This document shows positions 1 through 13,822 of a DNA stretch of 64,000 nt, in pieces; the first letter of the stretch is position 1; each line of letters opens with the position of its first letter. A program made the position numbers and the translations under genes. The notes under the pieces were generated by a model, which saw only the letters and a list, made by a program, of their open reading frames with translations, was not told the DNA's origin and made no database searches. Source of the DNA: Bispira polyomma (taxonomy: Eukaryota); NCBI GenBank assembly GCA_965649765.1, contig OZ287748.1:34658001-34722000 (forward strand), in the 5' to 3' direction.

Positions 1-170
1 TTACACGTCTGTCCACGGTGTCCTTTTCTCTAGTCATAAGGGGTGACCAAGTGAAAGAGGGTTAGGAAATGGATTCAAATCGTCCCACCATAGCCTTGTG
101 TGATATTTCAGTAGTTAAATATTTGTCAATAGCTTCAGGATATGAGTGAGCCGAGTGATGATTCTCAACT
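1..170 (-). pseudogene. Reverse transcriptase N-terminal fragment
   Basis: Manual translation ENHHSAHSYPEAIDKYLTTEISHKAMVGRFESIS*PSFTWSPLMTREKDTVDRRV matches the NHxSA...SPxMTR..RRV region of the other copies. Confidence 0.85.
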
Positions 171-489
171 GCTGGAGTCAAAATGCTACAACTTTTGATC
201 ATAATACCCTACCATGATTTCAGTCCAGTAAGGAATGATAAGGCATGATGCCAAGGAAAATCTACAAGATTTATAATTAGACACTTTAGAAGCTTAAATT
301 TGAGAAAACCATGTAAGCATAATGCTCAACATTGGACATGTTAGCTCAGGTACGGGTGGTGCCTGAGTACCACATGTGTCACTTGCAATAAACCCCATTG
401 TTCTATCATGTGGAACCCCACATTGCTTCTTATTATCAATATTCACACAATCACTCTTATCTACAACAATATCTTTTCTCTTAAAGTCT

Positions 490-2003
490 CTATTAATTAC
501 ACCTCATTATATCATTTACACGGCACTTTCTTGGGTTTTCACTGGCTGGAGGCCTGCGTCTTGGTTGTGGTTTTACTGGAAATGGTAGTTGATCCACTAA
601 ATACTGCGGATTGTGAGTCATTTTATTCTCGGCTAATTTTCTGGTATCTGTACATTTCACCACTTCACCCTCCATCTGATGCATTGAGACAGCATATGTT
701 CCCTGAGCGATAGGCCAAGACAAGTCCTCGGATAATTTAATTGTTTCTGAAAGTTCACATAACATGGCCTGGGAAGTCTTGCCATCTTCAGTCTGAAGCG
801 CATTTTTCAGGTAGCCAACAATAAAATTTCAAAATTTCCAAGTGATAAATCGTCATAAGTAAATCGCTTACGTGAATGGCCTATGAGGCAGTTCTCGTTT
901 GGCCAAGGTTGGCTAGGAATGGGGTTGGGGGTTTATGCAACACTATACTGACCACTCTTCTTCCTTTTATTACCTTGGGTCAGTTCCGCCTTCACCCTAG
1001 CCTCCGAGGCTCCCATCTTTTCATCGACCAGAAGTAATTGGATCTAAGAGATTCTGAAGTCATATCTTGAAAACTCGTCTGTCTGGCCTGCTCTGTTGAT
1101 GTCACTGTGTGTATAGCTGCTGGCCTCTGCTGGGGCTGCTGCTGTAGCTGCACGTAGTTGTCAAAATGATCAGTCATTGGGAACAGTGTGTTTGATTTGA
1201 TGTCCCTCACCAAGGATGCCCCATGTTGAAGCCCAACGGTAAAGCCGACAGCTGCAATCTTTGTTAAAGAGTTGACATCTCACTGTGTTGAGAGAGCAGG
1301 TTTTGTTGTACAGGTCTCTGTTGTATCCCATGAATGCCCGTGAAATTATGCATTGGTGGCTGCTACTGATATGCATTCTGAGGAACACTCGTTGACAGCG
1401 TGGTCACCATTGCTGGTGGTTGTGTGAAGGTCTGCTGCTGAGTGAATGTCTGATGCTGTGAAAAGTCCAGCCTCCCAGATCCCGCGCTCTCCAAAGCTCT
1501 TGCTGGCTTGAGTTTCTTTGCACTTGCTGGTATAACCTTTTTCGTTTGGGGATCTTTAACTATGACAGATATGTCCTTAAAAGGGTGAGCAATTCTCGAG
1601 CCTTCAGTCACGTTTTTCACTGTGAGAGGTGTCCTCTATGATTCCGTGAAGAGAGGCTCCTCCATTGCTTACGGCGAGTTATCGTCCACGAGATTTTCTG
1701 TCTCGGTCTCTGTGGCAGACATGTGCTTACTGGCTCATGGCTTCTCTTTCACAGATAACGCTGCCATTTTCGTTTCCATACTTTCTAGCTTCTGCCCAAA
1801 TGTTTGCATGGTAACAAGCATTGTAGCAAACAGCCTTTCTGCTTTACAGTTAGATCTTCTTTTTCTCCAATCACTTTCTGATACCTCACCTTTTTTCTGT
1901 CGGCTTCCTTGCCTACAGACTGTGGACTTCGGCTGCATTTTGAAATAATGGGCCTTTCATGCTCTAATTCACACTTTTTACAATACGCCACATATCTGGG
2001 CAT
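490..2003 (-). pseudogene. gag-like ORF1, frameshifted; N-terminal CxxCxxxH..C zinc finger
   Basis: ORF fragments 1785-2003, 1735-1938, 1363-1620, 992-1213 and 493-765; motif QGNKRKKSGQY parallels KGGRRRKSGRY in the 35-40 kb element. Confidence 0.8.
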
Positions 2004-3489
2004 CTGTGTATTAGTGCCATACTAGACACTATAAACTAAAAATAATGTAAAACAAATAAAACCTTCAAAAAGGAAATACTTGTGGATAGAATTAACTGGT
2101 CATGTTCCATGTGTTTTGAAGTCGAAACTGAGTATCTGCTGGTCGTGCTTAGGCTTATATATGGAGATTTCGGACCCAAGGGGAAAAGTTCATTAACCCA
2201 TGGGGTACTGGGAAGAGTCCATAAAAAAGTGGAAAGGGTTACGACTGATATCATTTAAAGGTACAAGAAAGGGTTAATAGTTTAATTTGGGTAATGTATT
2301 CCTAAATGACTAGTTAAAATTAAATACTACTGGGTCTACATTGTAATGTTCACAATCATTACAGATTGAAAGATGGGTCCAGCAATTGCCTCATTTTTCA
2401 GGCACCAAGTCGTTTGTATGGATATTATAAGCATTTGTTGATATATTTCTGTTTTTTTTTTACCACTTCTAATTACTACAATGACAAAAGCCTGGGTCTA
2501 TTATAAATTTCCTGTCCAATGACTTTTTTGAGATTTCTGTGTTTCTCAAATTTTTGTGAGGCGCAGATGTTGTTTTTACTCTGACAAGGTTACCGCCATT
2601 GTAAAATTTGCCGCCATCTTAGAGAAAATATGTAAAGTCTGATATTGGCCCCATGTTAAAATAATATGCAAGGTCTTCATGGATTGGTTGGAAGCAATTG
2701 ACCAAGCCAAACTGATGGGTCTCAGAATAATATTTTATTGTATTTCTTACAAAACAATATTGTACAATCATATCATATATTATTTATATTCAACAATGTA
2801 CTTACTAGATCAAATTTCACTGATAAAATGGCTCTCGTATCTTCCTAAGCTTTTATATTTGTCACGGTCTATACTAAACTTTGGAGATTCGTGGAATCCT
2901 AGACTCGGAAAGCTCCTGGGTTTACAACAATTTCCAAACTGTGCACCTGTATCTTTTTAAAAAAGCAACTCTTGTTCAATTACTGTTAGATAGGTATATG
3001 ATTTTAATGCCAAGGTCATTGGTACAGAACTCAGACATCTATCTGACAACACCTTTACAGTTATCTTGTCTGCAAATAATTGGATTGTAATCTTATTATC
3101 GTCAACATTAACTTCATCTGTGGACTTGAAAGTCTTGATAAGAAAACCTACATTTGAGTTTATTCTGATAATGTTAGACAGTACTGCTGCCAAGCCCTAA
3201 ACCTAGATTTAGTTACAAAGTGCAAATCAATAACAATGTTTTATTGAAAAATGGTGTATACGCTTAAATCACAATTATTATATAAGCTAGTGTTATATAC
3301 AAGTGTTCATTGTGTCATTGGAGCTGTCAAAGCAACAACTTGTGTCCGGTATCTGGGAAAATACCGTCTCTTGTAATGACACAAAGATGTATGTCTGTAG
3401 TCAAATACAAAATCTGCTTGATAGATTTAGTTAGCTAGTCAGTATTTCAAGCAAGCATGAATTAACGACTTTAGCCAGGACAAGAGTCT

Positions 3490-6395
3490 CTTCTTACCCT
3501 GCTTCTTTACTTGTTCCATTGGCCTGGCAGGTTGGGAGTAAAAGTAAGATGGGGAAAATAGAAGTGAAATGAGTTTTAATATTGACCAAATTGATGAAGG
3601 AAATAATTTTGGCACAGACAGTAGGACAATTTTCTTAAAATATGCATTGATCTGGAAGCATTGACCTTACTGGATCTGTTAGCTGTTACCTTTTACTTCT
3701 GTAGCACTGATGTTAATTCTAGCAATGATGTTATACTAAATAGGGTGCACTCAAGCTGTGACATTATTTACCCTGACAATATCAAAGAATCTTTTATTGC
3801 CAGGGTAAATAAAGCAAATCCAGTTTGTGACGTTCACAGAACTTTTACTGAAGATAGATGATGAGATAAATTGTGAACGAATTATAGCCTAGTCATAAAC
3901 TTTTATTTATTACTTCAGCCTTGGCATTATACGACTGTGTTGACATTTGTATTTGTGTTGATTACCTAAAAGACAAAAACTTCACAAGGAGATATAAATT
4001 GTTTTTTTTTTTATGGATATAGTCTTATTTAGATATTCCTTGACAAAACAAATGTTTTCTCAACTTTAAATGCCCACCATATACACAGAAAAAGATGTAG
4101 CTTTATACCGCCCCTCAGAATAACAGATAACTATAAAGCTAATGTGATATGTCCTGTTAAATAATGTTTTATACCCAAACTGCATGTGAAGAAACTATGC
4201 AAAATAAGCCACATGATGTACAAAATTAATTATGTAGTAGGTTGAGATAAATAAGGGAAATATATCATTCTTCTTGCAAGAATGAAAGGTAATTTTTCGT
4301 TCACGAGTTTCATTGATGTGGTTATTAGAAAAAAGGGAACATCACTGAGAGCTGGCAATAACTAATCATATAATTTTATTGTAAGCACTTCTCTGCTTTG
4401 TAGTGACAAATTTTACTCTAATGATCCTGCTTTGCAATATTTTTTTCTGTCAGACTCTGTAGTTGTAGAAATGTTAGATAATAGTAAATAACGTCTATGA
4501 ATGCTGCATGATTTTTTATTTGCATAGATTTCTCAGCATTCATAGCAAAGCCTTCTGTAGTTGTTCTTGTTTCTGACAAGTAGTACATTCTCGCACTGCC
4601 ATGATATTTGGACATTGGTTTAAGTCAAAATAAGTAAAAATACAAGTAAAAGTCAACCATAAATTCATTCAGGGTGTCAGGCTAATACACAGGTAAAATG
4701 GTTAAAAGGTAAACAAGTAAATATGTCCCATGTTGCTAAGTAAAATGCTAAACAACGAATCTCATTGGCTGAACCCACAAACAGCAGGGTCTTTAAGTCA
4801 ATAATAAGTCTGCATTAAGCCACAGACAAGTGTGGCAGGAAACTAAAATTCTTTCCCCACCCAACCTAATCCTTGGATTAGGTCAATGCTCATTAAGTCA
4901 GTCCACAAATTAACGAAGGCAATTGAGGTGTACGTTTCGCTCCTTATGCTTGAACAGAGACACTGATGGAATAGCTCAATAAGCAGTTGTTTCATCTTAA
5001 ATCACACCTAATTGTTGTAATTGTTAATAAGTTTGAAGTTTCTTAAGGCATTGTATGTGTATGATAAGAACATTCACCACTGTATCAGCTGTTTTTAAGG
5101 GAGTTATACTTTATTCTGGTCCTTGTACCTCGGTTAGAGGCTTTTATTATATGTATCTTAAAATAAACATCATGTGCAAGTTTAGGTCAACTTAAACATT
5201 ATCTTCAGAATTCTCAAGCCCCGCAGATTAGGGTCACCTCAAACTCTTAAGATAGGTTCACCTTAGTGACCCTCAGGTTAGGGCAACCTTAAACTACATT
5301 TAAGATGCAACCTTAAATTCAGTTTAAGATCACCATGAGTAAAAACTTAAACATTGTCTAAACTTTACAAAGCAGAACTTACACTCAAATGTTTGTTCAA
5401 GATGACCTTTACTTCTTAATGTATACCTTGTAATCATCTAAGTCATATTGTATAACCTATTAAGAAATGTAAACAGACCGTAGTCTAGAAATTTACTATA
5501 TATATTTTATACATTTGATATAATAAAATTTTATATCCTCATTGCATTTATTATTGACTTGGGAGTGATGGGGACTGCAAGGGATTTTACCTAGTTTTCT
5601 CTTCTACTTCAGATTCTAGTTCAAGTATTGCAAAGTTTTATAATGATTCTCCTGACATAGTTATTAAAGCAATGGCCTGACACAAGGTCTGATCCAAAAC
5701 TAGAGTTCTTTATTTAGAGATACATAAAAGAATAGAAAAGGGTAAAAAGGACAAAAGCAGCAATTGCTGTAATTTGGCAAGATTTTCTTTCTAGTTTTTT
5801 ATGTTTTATGAAAAATGGTCATATTCTCCATATCATGAGTCTGTTAACTGTTTCATTAGTGACCAGTATATAGTTGCCTCTGTAGGTAGTTCACCCTTTC
5901 TTGCCTACCAAGAAAACTTCCATTTTTATAGCGCTGATGTTATTTTCTAGTAACAATGTTATGCTCAATAAACCTGTAATATAATATACCCTGACAACAT
6001 CAAAGACTGTTTTTTTTTTTGCCAGGGTAAATATATAAAGCAAATTCACTTTGTGACATTGACAGAACTTGTACCGAAAATAGACCATAAAATGAAATTT
6101 TTAACGAATTTAGCCTTGTCATAAACTTTTAATTATTATGTTGGCATTAATATATTTTTAATAGTGGAAATAGTCTATTTTGCTACTTCTTCGAAATATC
6201 AAATGCCAGTGTCCCATTTATTCATGTTTTATACACAATTTGCACATGGCAAAAATATGCAGAACCTACACGATGTACAAAAATAAGGGAAATATATATT
6301 TATTGCAAGCACTACCATGCTTTATAGTGACGAAGTTTGCTTTAATGGTGCCTTTTAAAAAATATGTCTCTGTTAGACTCAGTAATTGTTAAATT
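3490..6395. repeat. Diverged direct duplication (about 3490-4480 vs about 5660-6395)
   Basis: Collinear shared blocks, e.g. TTGCCAGGGTAAAT, TTTGTGAC..T.ACAGAACTT and TAGCCT.GTCATAAACTTT at about 3797-3903 and 6019-6130; also GATGTACAAAA...TAAGGGAAATATAT. Confidence 0.75.
5160..5530 (+). repeat. Remnant resembling the palindrome-rich 3' (B) repeat of the YR elements
   Basis: Cluster of GGTCACC/GGTTCACC/GGCAACC+TTAA motifs at 5230-5340, followed by AATAAA near 5522. Confidence 0.4.
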
Positions 6396-6640
6396 ACAGT
6401 ATGGGGTAGCGCCTCGGCGCTACCTTATTCAGTGCTGGGATACCAGGCTAATCGTGGAGGGGCGGGGGCTGTCCACGACTATAAAAGCCCTCGCCCCCTA
6501 ACTTTTGCCGCCTTTTTCGAAGTTTGCAGAACAACAACCAGTTAAAAATGGGGTGGCTATTGGGTTTATTTACTTGAATTTTAACGGTTTTAGTATTTTA
6601 ATGGTTTTAGTATAGTATTTATTCAAACTTATACCTAGTC

Positions 6641-6855
6641 ATGCCTCCGGTGAGAGAATACTCATGTTCAAAATGTTTTAAAAGACATGCATGGGGTAAA
6701 ACAGGGCTCGGTTACATGCAGGTTCTTCCAGGAAGGGACTTGCAAGTATCCAACAAGCCACAAAACGGGCACACAATTTTATAAGCACACCTGTGAGACT
6801 TGTGAGGCCAGTCATAGAACCAATACGTGTACCAAAAAAGCTACAAAAAAACTAG
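6641..6855 (+). pseudogene. gag remnant: N-terminal zinc finger joined by deletion to the C-terminal CCCH/CCHC fingers
   Basis: MPPVREYSCSKCFKRH followed directly (frameshifted) by CRFFQEGTCKYPTSH...HTCETCEASHRTNTC. Confidence 0.8.
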
Positions 6856-7398
6856 TTAGCCACTGCCCATGCAAACGAAAACATTGATAATGTAGTATTG
6901 ACCAGAATGCTTTATAGTTCAAATTTCAAAGAGTTTAATTTGTTTTGTAAGGAAACGGTACAAAATGTGCCAGTATGTCAAGGGAAAGAGAAATAGTTTT
7001 AGTTACAGTGACGCAGTTAAGGGCGGAACTGGTGTAGCTTGTAAATATGTAAGGCAAGATGAAAATGTGTGTAAACACCATGGGTGGGAAAATACTGCCC
7101 AAAGCAAAGGTAAATATAACTCTCGCGTTCAAAATGTCGTTGACCACAAAATACAGGTGGAAAAACGTTCTAAACTTGAACAAAGTGTCAATAAAAGTCC
7201 AAAGTATCCCAGTACCCAGACTGTCACCCTTCAGAATAGGTTTGCTGTTTTTGAAGAAAGGTGTGAGGGAAACAATGGGGATAGGGCTGAAAGAGGTGAT
7301 AAATTTAATTACACCCCACAGAACCATGGAAGTGGGGGTGAAAGTGTTAAAAAACACCTACTACAAAGGGCTTTCCTAATAACAACATTTTCAATGAC

Positions 7399-9357
7399 TT
7401 GGGTGGAGAATACAATGGACATACTAAAAATACTAAGACCAATAAATCACACATGGCTGGTCGTGACAATGAGAGTGGATGCCCCACTGTTACCCCTCCT
7501 ATTCAGAAAATTACTCAGGGGAGTGAAGGGTCCAGTGGTAATATTGATGAATATAGTGTGGGGTCTGACAAATATTCCTGGGAATTGCGCCAGAAGCAAA
7601 ATAAAAAATTACTGTTAGAAAAAGCTCAAGGTGTGGATACGTTTACTGAGTGGCAAATACAGACGGACGGAATTTCCATATGGCTTTACTCCCATAAGTA
7701 CTTTAGGTAACAGAATTTCTGACACAAATGCAAAGCATAAAAATCTATCCATTTTAGAAATGCACGAGTTGATTCGGGCTGATGGTAGAAACAATTTTTC
7801 TGGCTTACAGATACCTGTCCCTTCCCAGCTACACGCCGGCGTATGGGCTAAGTATTTAAGCAATTATTGGGATTGGCAATTGCCCTTATTAATAAAATAC
7901 GGTTTTCCACTGGATTTTGATAGGTCGAGTCCAATCCAATCAGAAGGCGAGAATCACAAATCGTGGATACTTACATGAAGGAAGAGTGTGATTGGGGCGC
8001 GATGCTGGGTCCTTTTAAGGAACAGCCAATCCAAAAACTCCATTTTTCTCCATTAATGACACGTGACAAATCGAGCTCAACCAATAGAAGGGTAATTGTC
8101 GACCTTAGTTGGCCAAAAGGGGCTTCGGTTAATGCTGGGGTCTCACCAACAACTTACTTAGGTACTGAATTCATCCTTTCTTACCCATCCGTTGATAATT
8201 TGACGAAAGAAGTTCTTAAGTTTGGTAAAGGTTGCAAAATTCTAAAGGTAGACGTGAGTAGTTTCGTCACGTGCCTATGGACGCTGACGACATAGACCTG
8301 TTGGGCTTAAAATGGAAGTCCTATTATATAGATAAATCTCTACCTTTCGGTTACCAGAATGGTTCAACTATTTTTTAAAGACTTTCGGACTCAGTTAGGT
8401 TTATTATGAAATCAGAAGGCTTTACAGGGCACAACTAAATCGACGATTTTTTGGCAATATAGCTTCCCAGCAAAATTGAGGCCATCTATATCCGGTTGCA
8501 AGCACTACTGGTGGAACTTGGATTAACTGTTAATAAGAAAAAACTGGTAGCGCCTGCTACAGAAGTAACGTGTCTGGGTAGAGTAGTAAACACTGAAAAT
8601 TGCACCTGTTCTATACCTACTGAAAAATTACTCCAGATTAAAGCAATTTGTGTTGAATGGCAAGGAAAAACCCACTGCACCAAGAGGGAGTTACAATCTC
8701 TTCTTGGACTATTATTGTATGTCGCAAAATGTATTAAATATGCAAGGGTATTTTTGAATCGGATGCTCGAAATGCTGAGGCAAAACCATAGCAAAAGGCA
8801 GTTTAGGGTCACTACCAAATTTACTAGGGACCTTAACTGGTTCATAAAATTCATGGAACAGTTTAATGGCATTTCCTTCTTCTCTCATCACAAAGTCACA
8901 GCACAGATCAAATTAGATGCCTGTTTAACGGATATGGGAGGGGATCTATGGAAATCAGGTGTATCAGCTCAAAATACCCGAGCATATGAACCATGATAAT
9001 ATTGCCAATCTGGAAATGTTAAATATATTAGTAGCTTTGAAGATCTGGGCCTCGGTGTGGCAGGGCCATAAGTTACTGGTCAAATGTGACAATCAGGTGG
9101 TGGTAAGCATATTACAAAGTGGTAAAACCAGAGATCCCGTGTTGGCCACGTATTCTAGAAACATTTACATGCTAATTAGCCAGTTTAATATTGAACTAAA
9201 TGTCATACATATTATGGGGGTACAAAATAAGGTGGCAGATTTGCTGTCAAGGTGGAAAGAAACCACTGACAACCATCGACTATTACATGAATTGGCTGGG
9301 CCTGTTCAATGGGTACCTACTGCAGAAACCTTATTATATGTCAACCCTGATATTTAA
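7399..9357 (+). pseudogene. pol: reverse transcriptase plus DIRS-type RNase H, several frameshifts and stops
   Basis: YWDWQLPLLIKYGFPLD, SPLMTRDK..RRVIVDLSWP, LPFG, (Y>*)IDD, RELQSLLG, LDACL, IANLEMLN, CDNQ and NKVADLLSR. Confidence 0.93.
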
Positions 9358-9388
9358 TGTCTGCCTATTTTGTAATATTTGTATGCAG

Positions 9389-10357
9389 TTAAACATCCGG
9401 GTGAGGCACTACTCACTGGGAGGGCTGTTCAGAGGCTGAATTCTGCTTTTGCGAGTTCTACCAGTAAAGCATATGACAGGATGTTCAGGCTTTTCTTGGC
9501 GTTTGGGGCCTTCATGTCTTGGCCCCCGGCTAAGGTGACAACGTTCCAACTTTTATGTTTTCTAGAGTTTCTCTCCTGTAATAATGTCTCTCATGCACAA
9601 ATTGTAAATTACATCTCAGTCATCAAGGCGCCTTATATTTTGGTTAGTGTAAATGTGGATGCCTTCTTGGATCCTAATATTAGTTATTACAATCGGGCTC
9701 TTCTGGTGAACAGACCACTGCAGGCCAAGTTGAAGTCTCTCTTTGATATACCACTTATGACTGCTTTAGTCAAGAAATGTGATTCAATGTATATGAGGCA
9801 GGTATTTAAAGCTGTGTACTTGTTAAGCTTTTTTCAGCTTCTTAAGATTATCCAACTTGTGTCCTCATTCCATGAATGCTTTCTCCCCTCTAAAGCAACT
9901 GGCTCAGGCTGATGTCTTGTTCAAGCATGGCTATGCAGTAATCATGATAAAGTGGTCCAAGACCCTGCAAACCAACGACCAAGTAAAGTTAATCACCATT
10001 CCTGCTCTTTCTGGCTCTGTTTTATGCCCGGTTAGGGCCATCAGAAAAGTTTTGAGTATTTACCCCTGGGGGTAAAAACCTCCCCCTGTTCCAATTTAAA
10101 TTAGCAAGTCAGTGGATTCCGCTGACTGATACTAGGGTGCGCAGGCACCTTAATAACATCCTGCAGGTGCTTGATTTGTCGGTTTCTTCTCTCACTTTTC
10201 ATGCTTTCCGGCGTTCAGGTGCCACTTTTGCGTTTAATAATATTTGGAGGACATTCAACGCCATGGCACCTGGACGTCGGATTGCATCTGGCGCTACATA
10301 ACGGACTCTGCTGATGCTGGATCCCAGGTGGCAGATTCCTTCAAAGCTGCGTTATAA
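9389..10357 (+). pseudogene. Tyrosine recombinase, frameshifted
   Basis: FLRLSNL (shifted), KWSKT, LCPV, HAFRRSGAT and HGTWTSDCIWRY catalytic motifs. Confidence 0.92.
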
Positions 10358-12764
10358 CCTACCCCTAGTTAATTTGGTGTTTGGTGGTATTTTATTGTCA
10401 GTCTCTACATAGAACTTTAACTGTAAATCTTAAAAAATTGTAGAATAGTAAACACAACATATATACCACACACAATATATGTTGTCATGCAATAATTCAT
10501 TAACAGTAAAGAAAATAACATTTCTCTCGGCATAAGGTCCCCTTCCAGTCAACCAGTACATAATGTACTCATTTGGCTTTTGCTAATCCTCTTTTAACTT
10601 AAAACTTGAGCATTAGGAATTTATCTGCTTAAGGTGACCTCATACCTCGATTTTAGGTGACCTTAATAAACATTAACGTCACACTAAGTTAAAAGTTTAA
10701 GGTAAATCTTAATCTCCTATGGTCACCTCAACTTACCACTTTAAGGTGGTCTTAACTCTCATGCATTGTGAGCTTATGTGACTTTAAGGTCACCTTATGC
10801 CCTGAACCACAACTGTACATAGTAAGACTAGCTGATATTTTTAATAAATATTTTTAACCGCAATCTGTGTTCTGCTTCTCAAACTTATACCAAATTATTT
10901 TTACACCAGTTATAAAAAATTTGGCCGTCCTTCCCGAGGCACTGTAAAGAACTTCTATGGATGCTAATGACTGTTTGCATGATTATAGATGAATTCAATA
11001 TCATATCAGTGAGATTAACCCTGCCAAGGGAGTAAATACAATGACCTGACTGCCAGGGCTGTAAAGATTGTACACTAGGAAACAATGTATATGGATGCAG
11101 ATTACGCAAGCCTAGTGGACAAGCACTGCAACAAAGCCTTCTACAGTTGTTTATGTTTATCTGGCGCAAGTAGTCCATTATCACACTGTCATGATGGATT
11201 GGACATGATAAAAACCCCCTTGATTAGCATCCATCAGTATCAATATTCATGAGCTATAACTCTGGTATCTATAAAAAATTTTATATACATATAAAATAAG
11301 CATAATAATAGAGGTATGTGTGTGCAGTTATATGACTGTGGTATATTCACATCACATTGGTAAAACTTACCAGATGAAGATCCTGAGATTGATGCTGCAC
11401 ACAAAGAGCCAAAACATTGTTTCATTATTTCCAGAAATAATATTTTATAAAACCACATCACAAGGGGATGTTGAGTTCTCTCTTACCATTTTACTATTAT
11501 ACCCAACATAATTGTTAACACAGTACATACACCAGCACGCTAAAGACTCAGATCTTGGAATGTAAAAGCTTTACATACATTGTGATGCTGCAAAGAAAAT
11601 TGACACAAGAGTTGCTTTCATTTTTTCATTCTTTCAATTTTAAGCATGTGTTTGTCAAGGACTAAAGAAGTAATGAAGTGTGTGCCTAATACATGCAACT
11701 CATGACCACTAAACTTAGCTTACTTAAAAGTGAAATCTTTTGTATACATTTTTCAAGAAATAATGTATTATGCATTTTTAAAGTGCTTTATTGATGCGAG
11801 ACATCTCAACAACAGAATCCATTAACCAATTGAGAAGTCTAACAAGAGGAGGTAACTAGAGGGAATAAGTGAGTTTGAAGAAATATGTTTTAGGTATTTA
11901 CCCAGAAAACGCTTTGAGTAATCTGAACATTGTAGTTTACTTGATAAAGAAAGATTCTGTCCAAATGGTCCATTCCAGGTCCCTCTGTAGTATACCAATA
12001 CGGGGAGTAATTTCCCCCCTCTGCTTGATGCAGAGGTAAACTCTATTGCCAAAAGCTTTGCTGGTGTTAGCAGTAATGTCAGAAAATACTAGTATTTCAA
12101 ATAAGCACAAAGTACAAGGAAGTTGCTTTAATGAACATGATCAGAAATAAATGATGGAAGATAATTATTTGTAAAAAATATCTAAGTTGAAATTTTCTCT
12201 GTGTGTAGTGCAATGTTTTAGACCAAAATATGTTCATTAGGATCTTTGTTGATACTGAATTGATTTTTTTGAATTCGATATATTACCAACTAATGTATGT
12301 TAACTTTGAATGTGAATTTAAATAGCTTCTGCAGTGCCCCTAATTAAAATTGGACGTCACTTGACTAAGTAGCAAAACATTTTTACAATCAAACATAAAT
12401 ATATTTAAAAGCAAAGAAAAGTGGCAGTTTTATCCTTGTAATGTATTATGGTTAAATAATGTAGTATACATGAATAAAAAATGTAACAAGACAAAGATGC
12501 AAACATTAGGAGACAGACCTTTATCTTAGTACAGGAGAAAATTGTGGTGGGATGACGCCTATGCGACAGCCTCCTCAGTTTTGGTGGCAGGTCAACAGGG
12601 GACCAATTAGGCCACCTGGGGTCACGGGGGCAAGTATAAAAGAGTTTGCTGCCAACAGGCGCCATCATTATTTTAAAAGGATTTAATACATAAACAGTGT
12701 TTTACAACTGGGGCTTTACTACCCCTAATATTGTTTTTATACCTCGTTTTATATCTATTTAAAT

Positions 12765-13822
12765 ATGCCTAACAAGGAATATCCTTGTAGTGTGTCTTCT
12801 GGCCGACACAAACATCGGGTTGGCAAAAATTGTAAATATAACTTGGTGGATAGCATCGCTGATAAAGTACCTGCTGTCGGTCCTGCTACTCCAGAGGTTT
12901 CTGATTCTGTTTCTGGGTTGATTCTACAACAACTGGTGGCAATGAATGAAAAGATGGATAGCATGGACCAGCGGGTACAGGCTACGGAGGAGGCGCTGTG
13001 TACACCCAGCGCCAGTAAGGCCTGTAATACTTCTTCTAAATCAACTTCTAGTGTAGTTAATACTAGTGAACCAGTAGTTGAGGCCGTTGTGCCATCCCCA
13101 GAGTATTTACGTTCCAATGCAGGGTTACAAAACCAGGTCAATGAGCGTCTGCTACATTTGCAGTACTTAAATGATTTAACGGCAGGTAAATTTAAATCCC
13201 AGAGAGGTGGTGCTGAGACCCCCATAAAAAGAAACGTGGACTGGCCACAGAATTTTTCCTTATCTGGTGTCAAAAAGGTTAGACTTGCCTATGATGACCT
13301 TTCATTGGTTTAATTTATTTCTGGCTTTATCCGGTGCACCCAAGAACAAAAGTTACATACTGTCCGAGAGGCCATGTTAGAAAATCTTGCCATTCTGTAA
13401 TGGACGGCGAGTTCTTGTTTCTTTCAAGAAGGAACATGTAAATTTAAGGCCAGCCATTGAACCTTTGGGCAGTGGTTCAAACACTGCTGTGAGAGTTGTG
13501 ATGGTGCTCACCAGACCAAGCTATGTCCCAAGAAGGGGGCCGCGGTGGCCTTGTGGTTAGCAAGCATTGCGCTTCACAATCACTGGTCTCTCACCTCTAG
13601 GCTGTGTGAGTTCGAATCCTGTCGATGCCTATGTGGGAAAGGTGATAGTTCCATACTGTGAGCCGCTGGTTTAAGTGCAGAACCTTGATCAACTGTATGC
13701 AGTGTTTCCTCCAGCATTTCCAACTACCCATCCCAATATAACCTGAACAGGTACTAGAGTGGACGTTAAATATCCCAATTAAAAAAAAAAAATGTCCTTA
13801 GAAAGTGACTACAAAAAACTGA
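12765..13822 (+). pseudogene. gag ORF1 with premature stop, deletion and SINE insertion
   Basis: 182-aa ORF MPNKEYPCSV..GKFKSQRGG..WPQNF; C-terminal fingers at 13415-13530; gag end ACA AAA AAC TGA at 13811-13822. Confidence 0.88.
13535..13791 (+). mobile_element. tRNA-derived SINE; the central and 3' part resembles MetaSINE/RUDI-type SINEs
   Basis: Pol III A box TGGCCTTGTGG, B box GTTCGAATC and poly(A) tail; imperfect TSD ATGTCCCAAGAA / ATGTCCTTAGAA; second copy at 18053. The family assignment is from memory of the consensus only. Confidence 0.9.

Larger units (their letters stand above)
1..2279 (-). mobile_element. YR retrotransposon (DIRS order, Ngaro-like), family B; 5' part only, runs off the window edge
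   Basis: Minus strand: TATATAAGC box near 2154-2162; gag starting MPRYVAYCKKCELEHERPIISKC; segment MLCELSETIKLSEDLSWPIAQG homologous to the ORF at 36558; RT N-terminus at 1-170. The 5' boundary is approximate. Confidence 0.85.
6398..10944 (+). mobile_element. Ngaro-like YR retrotransposon, family A, with an internal gag deletion
   Basis: 5' GC hairpin 6405-6424; TATAAAA at 6480; gag remnant, RT, RNase H and YR in order; palindrome-rich tail, AATAAA near 10843 and terminus GGCACTG at 10944. Confidence 0.92.

Noticed and set aside
12755-13273. Long antisense ORFs (also 6935-7357, 8486-8872, 28902-29426)
   Set aside because: Shadows of gag/pol frames; no recognisable motifs and not length-conserved between copies.
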